A stretch of 64,000 bases of DNA. Origin: Bacteroidota bacterium. Lineage in GTDB: Bacteria; Bacteroidota; Bacteroidia; Flavobacteriales; Flavobacteriaceae. Numbering within the stretch: position 1 is the stretch's first letter; every line of letters starts with the position of its first letter. This document shows, piece after piece, positions 16,979-26,243 of this stretch. Made by a program: the position numbers and the translations under genes. The notes under the pieces were generated by a model, which saw only the letters and a program-made list of their open reading frames with translations, did no database searches and had not been told where the DNA came from. Location of the stretch: NCBI GenBank assembly GCA_040387655.1, contig JAZKDI010000003.1, positions 177,659 through 241,658 on the forward strand, in the 5' to 3' direction.

Positions 16979-19264
16979 TTATTTTTTGTGTTTAAAATAT
17001 TCAGAAAAAATTTCACAATTAGAGAGGAATTCTATATATTGATCTGGATATTTTGATTTGATATCAGAAAAGGCTTCATTATTAATTTTATCATAATCTT
17101 CTTTTTGTGTGTAATAATATTTTTTTTGCTTAAAAAGCAAGTACTCATCTTTAGCGGCTGTACATTTGGCAATCATATACATACAAACCGCTTTAAATTC
17201 TTTTGAATTTGAATTTTCTAACGCTTTTTGATAATATAATTTTGCTTTACTTGAACAATAATATTCTAATTCATCCTCATAATTTAAATCAAAACTACCA
17301 GTCCTACTAATACGTTTCATCATCCATGAGTTTCCATGATAACTCATATTATAATAGCAATTTGCTACTAAAAAATAACTTTTGTTTCTATTTTTGTTTT
17401 CAACTTTATTGGCATTTTCTATTAATTTAATCAATGAATTGACCACTTTAGCTTTAGTAAGATTATTTGATTTTTTAGAATCATCAAAATTCATATAACC
17501 TTTTATTTTATAAAAAGGATTTTCATTAAAAAGAGGATTATTTGTATAATGATTTTTATCAACCTTTAAAAAGTACTGATAAGCCATGTTGAGATTATCA
17601 GTTCTCATGTATTTCAAGGCTATTAAATCATTAATTTTATTTTTTTCCTTTTTTAATTCATTTGTTTTCCACTTTTCAAATACAGAAGGTGTTTTAGAAT
17701 CAACAGAGTTTATTAAAAGCCTCATATCATAAACTGATAGTTCTGCATCAGCATAACTATACCAATCATAATAAAAATCATCTTGTAATGTAGCCTTTCC
17801 ACTTCTTGATTTCCAAAAAACACCCATTTCTTCATCATCATAACTTTGTTTAATTTTAGAAATTAGAAAAACAGCATCGACTTTATCATTTAAAATCTCT
17901 AATTCTTTTGCAATTGCAAAAATAAAATGTTTGTTGTTTTGTTCCTTGATTATTATATTTTCTATAGATTTTGAAATTTTAGCAGTTGTTTTTTCCTGAT
18001 TAGCAGTAATTATTAATGCTTTAACCATTTCGCATTGATGCTTAATTTTTTCACTCTTAATTTGCATTTCAAATGAATTAATTGTTTTAATTGCCGTGAC
18101 ATAATTTTTGGTTAAAAATTCTAAATATGATTTTGATAACATCCAAAAATCTTTGTCGTCAACAGAATTGACATCAACAGAATTGACAAATTTCAATACT
18201 TCTAAGGCATATTTCCTATCTACTTCTACTCTATTCAGTATTCTTTGATCATTACTATTCTCCCAATAATCTTCTCTTATACTTGGCAAATACATTGTAT
18301 AAGTTGGAGTTAAAATCCAATCTTCTAATTTGTTTATTTCTCTTAAAAGCAAAAAACTTAAACCTATGTTTTTTGGATTATAATGATGTACCTTTTTTAA
18401 ATTATCAAGATTTTGATCTATTTTTCTGAATGAGTATAAAACATAAACATTAGCTATCTCTTCATTTGTTCTAGCAAACTTCAATACTTTTTCTATCGGA
18501 ATACTTCGATTAAAATACCATTTAATATCGAATTTATTATCTGTCCCTCTAGCAAAAACTTGTGTTGCCAAATAATTCATTCGAATGTCATCTTTTTCAG
18601 CAATCATTCTATAAAATAGCGCCCAATTATCTAAAAAATCTCTTGAGTTGTATTTTTTTGAATATGCTTCATAGATCTCAACTGTTTGATTTTGGTCTTT
18701 TAAAAAGGAAAGTAATTTAAATATTTGATAATAATATCTTTTTTTAAGAATTACATCTTTAACTGTTTTAATTCTTTTAAATGCTTCATCAATTTTTTCT
18801 CTACGCAATTGATTTTTCAAATCATCCTTTTTATTATTTTCCCATAAATCCTGAGCTGTTGGATTCAATTTTTCTAATTCTTTAGCAAAAAGAAGGTAAT
18901 TAATAGCTTCAAAGTCCTTTTGTTTATACAAATACTGTATAAACTTGTTTTTAGAGTCTTTAGAACATTCGTTAATGTCAATTTCAAAAATCGCTTTTTT
19001 TATCTCTTGAATAGGGATTTTTTTTTGGCTATAATTGTACCAGATCAAATCATTTTCTGTAACTGAATTCAAATCAGCTACAAAACCTTCTTTATAGAGC
19101 CAAGTAGATGTATAGTTATACATCCTAAAACCGTTATATTTGAAATTATCAGGATTAAAAATACTGAATCGTATATCTTCACCATAAGGATAAAAATAAC
19201 AAGCATTAGCTTTAAAAATAGAACTACTTACTAAAAGAAGTATAAAAATTATTAAGCGTTTCAT
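16979..19264 (-). CDS. Large secreted helical (TPR-like) hypothetical protein
   Basis: 761 aa ORF with signal peptide followed by AC; Tyr/Lys-rich helical repeats; very low GC. Confidence 0.7.
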   Translation of the reverse strand: MKRLIIFILLLVSSSIFKANACYFYPYGEDIRFSIFNPDNFKYNGFRMYNYTSTWLYKEGFVADLNSVTENDLIWYNYSQKKIPIQEIKKAIFEIDINECSKDSKNKFIQYLYKQKDFEAINYLLFAKELEKLNPTAQDLWENNKKDDLKNQLRREKIDEAFKRIKTVKDVILKKRYYYQIFKLLSFLKDQNQTVEIYEAYSKKYNSRDFLDNWALFYRMIAEKDDIRMNYLATQVFARGTDNKFDIKWYFNRSIPIEKVLKFARTNEEIANVYVLYSFRKIDQNLDNLKKVHHYNPKNIGLSFLLLREINKLEDWILTPTYTMYLPSIREDYWENSNDQRILNRVEVDRKYALEVLKFVNSVDVNSVDDKDFWMLSKSYLEFLTKNYVTAIKTINSFEMQIKSEKIKHQCEMVKALIITANQEKTTAKISKSIENIIIKEQNNKHFIFAIAKELEILNDKVDAVFLISKIKQSYDDEEMGVFWKSRSGKATLQDDFYYDWYSYADAELSVYDMRLLINSVDSKTPSVFEKWKTNELKKEKNKINDLIALKYMRTDNLNMAYQYFLKVDKNHYTNNPLFNENPFYKIKGYMNFDDSKKSNNLTKAKVVNSLIKLIENANKVENKNRNKSYFLVANCYYNMSYHGNSWMMKRISRTGSFDLNYEDELEYYCSSKAKLYYQKALENSNSKEFKAVCMYMIAKCTAAKDEYLLFKQKKYYYTQKEDYDKINNEAFSDIKSKYPDQYIEFLSNCEIFSEYFKHKK

Positions 19265-20276
19265 ATTTAATTTTTTTTGTAATTGTAGAATCTAGGTGAA
19301 AAAAAGTAACGGTAGTGTTTTTATCAAATTTACATTTCTCTTTTAAAGAATTTATAGCTTTATCAATTTTTGAAAAACTCACATCTTCATATTTGATTTT
19401 ATCACCAATTCTGTAATAAACGTCATCAAAAGTGGTATCTTTTTTTACTTCATACCAAAATTCATTTTTTTTATCACAAATTGCATTTAAAAAACTTTTA
19501 TCTAAAACAACAAACCCTTTAAATTGATCGTATTGATAATGATGACCCCAAGAAAACAAAGGCAAAGCAATATCTAAATGTAAAGGATATTTTTTATCTA
19601 CACTTAAATAAGAATCCAGTTCGTCATTATCTAAAATCGAGTTTTTATTTCTATCAGCAAACGGTTGAATCAAATTATAACACATCAAGGTGACTTTATT
19701 TACTGGAGGAACACCCATTTTAGTTCTGTACTTATATGGATATAATCTTAAAGTACAGCTTAATTCTTTCTTAGAAACTTTAGCTAATTGTTTTAAAAAA
19801 TAAAAATAATTATCTTTTGATTTTATTGTCCAATCACAATCAATTTGAATTTCATTATAGTCAAAATAATTTGAGAATTTTTCTTTATAATATTTAGAAA
19901 CTAAATGTTTTACATTACTTGCCAAAGTATCTATATCTTCTTTATTACTTTTTAAAAAAACTTCATTTTTTATAAAAACTGTAGGTATAATTTTTAAACT
20001 ATCTTTAGGTTTTTCATCATAACGCCAAAAATATTCATTCAAGTTACTTTTTGAGACTGGAATATTTCCCATAGTTTCATCGAATTTAACTTCAAAAAAC
20101 TTAACATACATTTTTTTTATTTTTAATGTATCAATAATCTTATTTTCTACTTTATTTAATTCCGATTCATTACTCTTCCAATAATAAAAAGCGCGTTCAA
20201 CATTTTGAATTTTATTCTCGTTTTTACAAGAGAAAATAAATGCCGAAATGAGTCCGAGAATAATGATATTTTTCAT
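19224..20276 (-). CDS. Hypothetical lipoprotein with GH18/TIM-barrel-like motifs
   Basis: Lipobox IFSC; FYYWK, EIQIDCDWT, TLRLYPYKY, LMCYN, DIALPLFSW; overlaps the next gene by 41 nt. Confidence 0.7.
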   Translation of the reverse strand: MKNIIILGLISAFIFSCKNENKIQNVERAFYYWKSNESELNKVENKIIDTLKIKKMYVKFFEVKFDETMGNIPVSKSNLNEYFWRYDEKPKDSLKIIPTVFIKNEVFLKSNKEDIDTLASNVKHLVSKYYKEKFSNYFDYNEIQIDCDWTIKSKDNYFYFLKQLAKVSKKELSCTLRLYPYKYRTKMGVPPVNKVTLMCYNLIQPFADRNKNSILDNDELDSYLSVDKKYPLHLDIALPLFSWGHHYQYDQFKGFVVLDKSFLNAICDKKNEFWYEVKKDTTFDDVYYRIGDKIKYEDVSFSKIDKAINSLKEKCKFDKNTTVTFFHLDSTITKKIKYETLNNFYTSFSK

Positions 20277-20342
20277 TGAAATAATGGGTTTTATAACTTA
20301 TGTATTTTCGGATAAATTTATAGTATTTCTGAATACAAAAAC

Positions 20343-20375
20343 AAAAAAACTCGCTTATTTCTAAACGAGTTTTTT
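20343..20375. terminator. Bidirectional intrinsic terminator after pepD
   Basis: AAAAAAACTCG...CGAGTTTTTT. Confidence 0.7.
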
Positions 20376-20423
20376 ATGGTAATAAACTGCACCTGAACAC
20401 TAATGAACACTGCAATCTTTAAA

Positions 20424-21887
20424 TTAATTCTTCATCGGAATATTCTCTAAAATTTCCAATACAAATTTCCAGTATTTTTGAGAGGAAGATATACTTGCTC
20501 TTTCATCTGGTGAATGTGCTCCGTGAATCGTTGGTCCAAAAGAAATCATATCCATATCAGGATAATTAGTTCCAAGAATTCCACATTCCAACCCAGCGTG
20601 GCATGCTATTACTTTTGGTTTTTCGTTATTCTGTTTTTCATAGATAGAGACTAAAACATCTAGAATTTCTGAATTTACATTTGGCGTCCAGCCAGGATAG
20701 CTTCCGCCAAAAACCACTTCGCATCCTACTAATTCAAAAGTAGAACGCAATCCGTTTGCCAAATCCATTTTTGAAGTTTCTACCGACGAACGCGTTAAAC
20801 AACCTATTGATACTTCTCCCTCTTTTACAACTACTCTTGCAATATTATTAGAAGTTTCTACTAGATTGTCCATATCTGCACTCATTCGGTAAACACCATT
20901 CTGAGCTGCATAAATCGCTCTAATAATTCCTTCCTGAACACCCAAATCCATAACTTTTGCTGGCAAATCACACTTTACGATTTCAATAGTTAAGTTTGGT
21001 TCGGTTGTTTTATATTCTGATTTGATGTCGTTGATGATTTCCTGCATATCAAAAATATAGGCTTCATCAAACATTTCGGCAATGATTACTTTTGCAACGC
21101 TTTCCCTCGGAATCGCGTTACGTAAACTTCCACCGTTGATTTCTGACACTTGTAAACCGAAATTTTCAAATCCGTCAAACAACAAACGGTTCATGATTTT
21201 GTTGGCGTTTCCTAATCCTTTATTGATATCCATCCCCGAATGTCCGCCACTCAAACCTTTCACCGTAATAATATGTCCAACAGATCCTTCTGGAACTTCT
21301 TCTTCATTGTAACTTCTGGTAGCAGTAACGTCAATTCCACCTGCACATCCAATATCGATTTCATCGTCTTCTTCAGTATCCAGATTCAAAAGTATTTCAC
21401 CTTTCAGCACTCCGCCTTTTAGGTTCAAAGCTCCCGTCATTCCGGTTTCTTCGTCAATAGTAAACAAAGCCTCAATTGCAGGATGCGGAATGTCCTTACT
21501 TTCTAAAATCGCCATAATTGTCGCAACTCCCAATCCATTGTCCGCGCCAAGAGTAGTTCCTCGAGCACGAACCCAATCTCCATCAACATACATCTCGATT
21601 CCTTGCTTGTCGAAATCAAAAACAGTATCGTTGTTTTTTTGGTGTACCATATCGAGGTGCCCCTGCAATACAATTGCTTTGCGGTTTTCCATTCCGGCAG
21701 TGGCAGGTTTACGGATAATTACATTACGGATTTCGTCTTCAAAGGTCTCCAATCCTAAATTGGTTCCGAAGTTTTTCATAAACTCAATCACACGTTCTTC
21801 TTTTTTGGATGGACGCGGAACGGCGTTCAAATCGGCAAATTTGTTCCAAAGCTGTTTTGGTTCGAGGTTTCTTATTTCCTGGCTCAT
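20424..21887 (-). CDS. pepD: Aminoacyl-histidine dipeptidase (M20C)
   Basis: LQGHLDMV, LGADNG, TIDEETG, NLDTEE, GGHSG, HAGLECG. Confidence 0.95.
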   Translation of the reverse strand: MSQEIRNLEPKQLWNKFADLNAVPRPSKKEERVIEFMKNFGTNLGLETFEDEIRNVIIRKPATAGMENRKAIVLQGHLDMVHQKNNDTVFDFDKQGIEMYVDGDWVRARGTTLGADNGLGVATIMAILESKDIPHPAIEALFTIDEETGMTGALNLKGGVLKGEILLNLDTEEDDEIDIGCAGGIDVTATRSYNEEEVPEGSVGHIITVKGLSGGHSGMDINKGLGNANKIMNRLLFDGFENFGLQVSEINGGSLRNAIPRESVAKVIIAEMFDEAYIFDMQEIINDIKSEYKTTEPNLTIEIVKCDLPAKVMDLGVQEGIIRAIYAAQNGVYRMSADMDNLVETSNNIARVVVKEGEVSIGCLTRSSVETSKMDLANGLRSTFELVGCEVVFGGSYPGWTPNVNSEILDVLVSIYEKQNNEKPKVIACHAGLECGILGTNYPDMDMISFGPTIHGAHSPDERASISSSQKYWKFVLEILENIPMKN

Positions 21888-21912
21888 TATATGGTTTTAT
21901 TATTTAAAGTTC

Positions 21913-21920
21913 CAAAGTTA
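21913..21920 (-). promoter_or_regulatory. -7 box TAACTTTG for pepD
   Basis: CAAAGTTA on +. Confidence 0.55.
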
Positions 21921-21952
21921 AATAATTATATTTACGTTTTAAATTTAATTCT

Positions 21953-23005
21953 GTGAACCGCAAATACATTCTCCCTTTTTTACTTCTTATCCAAATAATA
22001 CTACTACAAATTATTTCATATTTCCCAGAAATAATTGAGCGTTTTTATAGCAATGGATTGTACCTGTGGATTTCAAATTTCTCACGGATTTTATTTGGTT
22101 GGATTCCTTTTTCCTTGGGAGATATTTTATATACATTGCTGATAATTTGGATTATAAAATGGTTGTACCAAAACCGAAAAATGAATTGGAAGCAAAAAAC
22201 CATTGCTGCTTTAAGTTTTTTTTCTGTTTTTTATTTTAGTTTTCATTTGCTTTGGGCGTTGAATTACCATCGGGAGCCTTTGTTCGAAAAAATGAATATT
22301 GAAAAGGATTATACTGATGCCGAATTATTGGTTTTCACCAAAAAGCTTATCGCCAAAACCAATCAGCTCCAACTACAAATTACGAAAGACAAAAACCAGA
22401 AAGTGGCATTCCCTTATTCACAAGAACAGGTTTTCGAAATGAATCTGAACGGCTATCAAAATCTATCGAAGCAACATTCTTTTATCAGTTATAAAAATCC
22501 GAGTATTAAAAAATCATTATTGAGCACACCTTTAAGCTATATGGGCTTTAGCGGGTATCTGAATCCGTTTACCAATGAAGCGCAGGTAAATAATTTGGGG
22601 CCAATGTTTGGTTTTCCGATGACGACCAATCATGAAATGGCGCATCAGTTGGGATATGCTTCGGAGAGCGAAGCCAATTTCATCGGGTTTTTGGCTTCAA
22701 TAAAAAATGATGATGTATATATCCAATATTCCGGTTACAGCGCAGGATTGCGGTATTGCCTAAATAATTGGGGCATCCGAAACGAAAAAACATTTTATGA
22801 ATTACGAAAAACGATTCATCCCGGAATCCTCAAAAATTATAAGGAAAATAAGGATTTCTGGAAATCATACGAAAGTTTTATCGAAACCGGATTTCATATT
22901 TTTTATGACAATTTCTTGAAAATGAATCAGCAAAAAGATGGCTTGGAAAGCTATAGCAAGTTTGTGAATTTGATGGTGGGATATTATAAGGAAAAGGGTT
23001 TTTAG
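21953..23005 (+). CDS. DUF3810 family membrane-anchored putative Zn peptidase
   Basis: GTG start, N-terminal TMs, GYLNPFTNEA, HEMAH, ESEANF. Confidence 0.8.
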   Translation: MNRKYILPFLLLIQIILLQIISYFPEIIERFYSNGLYLWISNFSRILFGWIPFSLGDILYTLLIIWIIKWLYQNRKMNWKQKTIAALSFFSVFYFSFHLLWALNYHREPLFEKMNIEKDYTDAELLVFTKKLIAKTNQLQLQITKDKNQKVAFPYSQEQVFEMNLNGYQNLSKQHSFISYKNPSIKKSLLSTPLSYMGFSGYLNPFTNEAQVNNLGPMFGFPMTTNHEMAHQLGYASESEANFIGFLASIKNDDVYIQYSGYSAGLRYCLNNWGIRNEKTFYELRKTIHPGILKNYKENKDFWKSYESFIETGFHIFYDNFLKMNQQKDGLESYSKFVNLMVGYYKEKGF

Positions 23006-23054
23006 TGTTGGGTATTAGGTGTTGGGTGTTGGGTGTTGGGTGTTGGGTGTTGGG
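23006..23054 (+). repeat. (TGTTGGG)7 heptamer array
   Basis: Six perfect units plus one TATTAGG variant, starting at the base after the stop codon. Confidence 0.95.
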
Positions 23055-23078
23055 CAAAGAAAACAATTATAATTTTTT

Positions 23079-23492
23079 TTACAATTTATTTTTCTTTTCA
23101 AAACATAATTTCCTTGAACCTAATTCCATCGGAATAATTAATATTAATTTTTTTTCGCCTTCAAACGTGAAATTAAATTGAACATCTTTACTATTTTTTT
23201 CCCCACTAAAAATTTGATTTATTTTTATTAAATTACCTGAAATTTGATATTTTCCAGTAATTTTTTTCTCTTTTCCTTTTATAGAAACAGAATTATCAGC
23301 ATAGAAATTAATTTTTTCAATTCTTATATCTTGTTCAACAACACTATCCTTATCAGATTTAGTATATAAGAAAATCCATTCTCCAATAATTTGTTTTCTA
23401 TAATCACCAACTGTTTTTTTATCTTGTGCAATAGCTTTTAAACTTAAAAAAGCAACAAAAACTATAGTAAAAACTGAATGTTTTATTTTCAT
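23079..23492 (-). CDS. Secreted hypothetical protein, lipocalin-like
   Basis: Signal peptide, IIGEW motif, beta-rich, low GC. Confidence 0.55.
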   Translation of the reverse strand: MKIKHSVFTIVFVAFLSLKAIAQDKKTVGDYRKQIIGEWIFLYTKSDKDSVVEQDIRIEKINFYADNSVSIKGKEKKITGKYQISGNLIKINQIFSGEKNSKDVQFNFTFEGEKKLILIIPMELGSRKLCFEKKNKL

Positions 23493-23505
23493 ATTGATTT
23501 CCTTC

Positions 23506-23533
23506 TAACTCTTAACTTACAACTCTTAACTCC
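23506..23533 (-). repeat. Degenerate 7-bp array after the ndh stop
   Basis: On +: TAACTCT TAACTTA CAACTCT TAACTCC. Confidence 0.65.
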
Positions 23534-23534
23534 C

Positions 23535-24839
23535 CTAAACCTCATCACTCGTGAAAGTACTGAAACTTTTCTTTTTGTATGGACGGATTATCAATCTTCC
23601 TTCGCGGTCAAAACGGATATAGTTATACACCCAATTCAGGAAAACCACCGCTTTGTTCTTAAAGCCAATTAGCGAAAACAAATGTACGAACATCCAGACA
23701 AACCAAGCAAAAACCCCGCTGAAATGAAACTTTGGCAAATCAACGACTGCCTTATTTCTTCCTATAGTTGCCATAGAACCTTTGTCATTATATACAAAAG
23801 CTTTCATTGGTTTGTTTTTTAACATCTTCAGAATGTTTTCACCAAGAAGATTCCCTTGCTGTATAGCTGGTTGTGCAACCATAGGATGGCCTAAAGGATA
23901 TTTTTCCTCTATCATTAAAGCAACATCCCCAACAGCAAAAATATCTTCGTAACCATTAACCTGATTAAAATCATTTACTTTTATTCGTCCCGCTCTTTCT
24001 ACCAAAGCGCTAGCATCCAATCCTGAAACTACAGCTCCTTTTACACCTGCTGTCCAAATAACCGTTGCAGTATCAAATGTCAAACCCGATTGAGTAGTGA
24101 TTATTTTGCCATCATATCCTGTAACCCTAACATCTTTATGGACTTTTACGCCTAGCTTAGTTAAAAATTCTTCGGCATGCTGAGAAGATTTTTCGGTCAT
24201 TGAATCCAGAATGCGGTCGCCACCCTGAATCAGGTTGATTTCCATTTTGTTCATGTCAAGATCCGGATAATCTTTTTGGAGAATGGCATTTTTCATTTCT
24301 GCCAAAGCACCAGCTAGTTCTACTCCTGTTGGCCCTCCGCCTACTAAGCAAAAATTCATTAAACTATTGCGTTCATTCATATCATCGGTCAGTAAAGCCA
24401 ATTCGAAATTTTCAAGAATGAGGCTTCGGATATTTAAAGACTGCGGAATTGTTTTCATTGACATACTGTTGCGTTCGATTTCTTTATTTCCAAAAAAATT
24501 GGTTTTAGAACCGGTTGCAAGAACGAGATAATCATAATGCAATTCCCCAATATCGGATATGATTTTATTGTTTTTAGTGTCAATTTCGGTCACATTGCAC
24601 AATCTGAAATAAAAATCCTTGAATTCCTGAACTACTTTCCGGATAGGATAAGCTATAGAACCCGCTTCCAATCCGCCCGTGGCAACTTGATATAAAAGTG
24701 GCTGAAAAGTATGGTAATTGTGTTTGTCAAGAAGTACGACCTGAACATTTTTGTTTTTGAGTTTTTTCGCCAAGGCGATTCCAGCAAAGCCGCCGCCTAT
24801 GATTATAATTCGAGGTAGATCTGAGTTGGGGATATTCAT
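23535..24839 (-). CDS. ndh: Type II NADH dehydrogenase
   Basis: Two Rossmann motifs (IGGGFAG, VGGGPTGVELAG), WTAGV, YNDKGSMATIGR. Start placed at 24839 because the ATG at 24872 lies inside a palindrome. Confidence 0.9.
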   Translation of the reverse strand: MNIPNSDLPRIIIIGGGFAGIALAKKLKNKNVQVVLLDKHNYHTFQPLLYQVATGGLEAGSIAYPIRKVVQEFKDFYFRLCNVTEIDTKNNKIISDIGELHYDYLVLATGSKTNFFGNKEIERNSMSMKTIPQSLNIRSLILENFELALLTDDMNERNSLMNFCLVGGGPTGVELAGALAEMKNAILQKDYPDLDMNKMEINLIQGGDRILDSMTEKSSQHAEEFLTKLGVKVHKDVRVTGYDGKIITTQSGLTFDTATVIWTAGVKGAVVSGLDASALVERAGRIKVNDFNQVNGYEDIFAVGDVALMIEEKYPLGHPMVAQPAIQQGNLLGENILKMLKNKPMKAFVYNDKGSMATIGRNKAVVDLPKFHFSGVFAWFVWMFVHLFSLIGFKNKAVVFLNWVYNYIRFDREGRLIIRPYKKKSFSTFTSDEV

Positions 24840-24864
24840 AGTTTTGATTCTTATTTGGAGTTTT

Positions 24865-24935
24865 TTTGTCATTCCGACGCAGGAGGAATCTCATTGTATA
24901 TATTGATGAGATTCCTCCTGCGTCGGAATGACAAA
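24865..24935. repeat. REP-like perfect 30-bp inverted repeat (TGTC-tagged)
   Basis: TTTGTCATTCCGACGCAGGAGGAATCTCAT - 11 nt loop - exact reverse complement. Confidence 0.9.
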
Positions 24936-25019
24936 TAGTGAAAAACTAATTTACGATTAATTATTCACAACTTAATCCTATTTTTGTAACAAAATCGAAA
25001 CAAAGCACACTACTATTAC

Positions 25020-25514
25020 ATGAGCGAAGATTTAGAAAAATCGTTTGTACAGCAACTGCGGGACAACCAGAATATCATCCACAAGATTTGTAGGCTGTAT
25101 ACTTCGGGTGCGGATGCACATAAGGATTTGTTTCAAGAAATCACGATTCAGCTCTGGAAAGCCTTCCCAAGATTTCGCGGTGATTCCAAATTTTCTACTT
25201 GGGCATACCGCGTTGCATTAAATACCGCAATTACTTTATACAGAAAAAGCACAAGGGCAGTTTCTACAGTAGATTATGAAAAACAACAATTCTTTATCTC
25301 TCAGGAAGATTATAATTTTGAAGAAGAAGAACAATTAAAATTAATGTATCAGGCGGTTTACCAATTGAATGACATCGAGAAAGCTTTGATTTTTATGTAT
25401 TTGGAAGATAAGGATTATACTGAGATTTCAGAAACTTTGGGAATTACCGAAGTCAATGCACGAGTGAAAATGAATAGAATAAAAGGAAAATTAAAAAAAA
25501 TATTAAATCCTTAA
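25020..25514 (+). CDS. ECF RNA polymerase sigma factor
   Basis: DLFQEITIQLWKA, SKFSTWAYRVALNTA, region 4 EISETLGI. Confidence 0.93.
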   Translation: MSEDLEKSFVQQLRDNQNIIHKICRLYTSGADAHKDLFQEITIQLWKAFPRFRGDSKFSTWAYRVALNTAITLYRKSTRAVSTVDYEKQQFFISQEDYNFEEEEQLKLMYQAVYQLNDIEKALIFMYLEDKDYTEISETLGITEVNARVKMNRIKGKLKKILNP

Positions 25515-25519
25515 GGATT

Positions 25520-26116
25520 ATGAAGGAATTGGATTTATTGAAAAAAGATTGGAAGAAAAACTCCAATTCTTTTGAACAGATATCAGAGTCAGAAATTTAC
25601 AAAATGATTCATAAAAAATCATCATCCATTGTGATGTGGATTTTTATTATCAGCATCATAGAGTTTTTGTTCTGGACCGCAGTTTATATCTATCAGAATG
25701 ATGCCCAGCATCATAAATTTCTGCAGAAGTACGGAATTGAAGAATTGGAATTTTGGGTAAATGTGTTCAACTATGTTGTTTTAACAGTGTTTATTTATTT
25801 GTTTTATAAAAATTACAAAACCATTTCGACTACTGATACCACCCATCAATTGATGGAAAATATTCTCAAAACAAGACGCAGCGTAAAAATTTATATCTGG
25901 TATAATTATGTAATGCTTTTCATTGCTTATGCTATCAGTTTATACATTGTTATTAAATTCAGTCCGGCTGATGCCAAAACAGGACACATCACTACATTGT
26001 TTACAAAATTTGCTATGTGGTCTATTGCTTTCTGGGTTTTCTACCAAATTGTATATGGCATTCTGTTGAAGAAATTACACAAAAATCATAATGAATTGGA
26101 AAAGATAGAATTGTAG
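25520..26116 (+). CDS. Membrane protein, putative anti-sigma factor
   Basis: About 4 TM segments, directly downstream of the ECF sigma gene. Confidence 0.65.
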   Translation: MKELDLLKKDWKKNSNSFEQISESEIYKMIHKKSSSIVMWIFIISIIEFLFWTAVYIYQNDAQHHKFLQKYGIEELEFWVNVFNYVVLTVFIYLFYKNYKTISTTDTTHQLMENILKTRRSVKIYIWYNYVMLFIAYAISLYIVIKFSPADAKTGHITTLFTKFAMWSIAFWVFYQIVYGILLKKLHKNHNELEKIEL

Positions 26117-26134
26117 TTAATGTATAAAAAATGG

Positions 26135-26164
26135 AAAACCTCGTTTATTAAACGAGGTTTTTTT
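26135..26164. terminator. Intrinsic terminator
   Basis: AAAACCTCGTTT-ATT-AAACGAGGTTTT plus T run. Confidence 0.85.
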
Positions 26165-26174
26165 ATGTAATGTA

Positions 26175-26230
26175 GCTTCGACAGGCTCAGCCACGCTATA
26201 AAGTTTCTCGGTGGCTGAGCTTGTCGAAGC
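26175..26230. repeat. REP-like 20-bp inverted repeat
   Basis: GCTTCGACAGGCTCAGCCAC ... GTGGCTGAGCTTGTCGAAGC, one mismatch. Confidence 0.85.
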
Positions 26231-26243
26231 CACCATATAAATC

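Noticed and set aside
22878-23066. PNTQH-repeat ORF
   Set aside because: Antisense translation of the TGTTGGG array overlapping DUF3810.
24840-24872. N-terminal extension of ndh
   Set aside because: The ATG at 24872 lies inside the palindrome arm; MNIPNS at 24839 is the plausible start.
24979-25015. Autoregulatory ECF promoter (GTAAC...CTACT)
   Set aside because: Plausible, but there is no second instance to define a motif, and a housekeeping -7 box is present.
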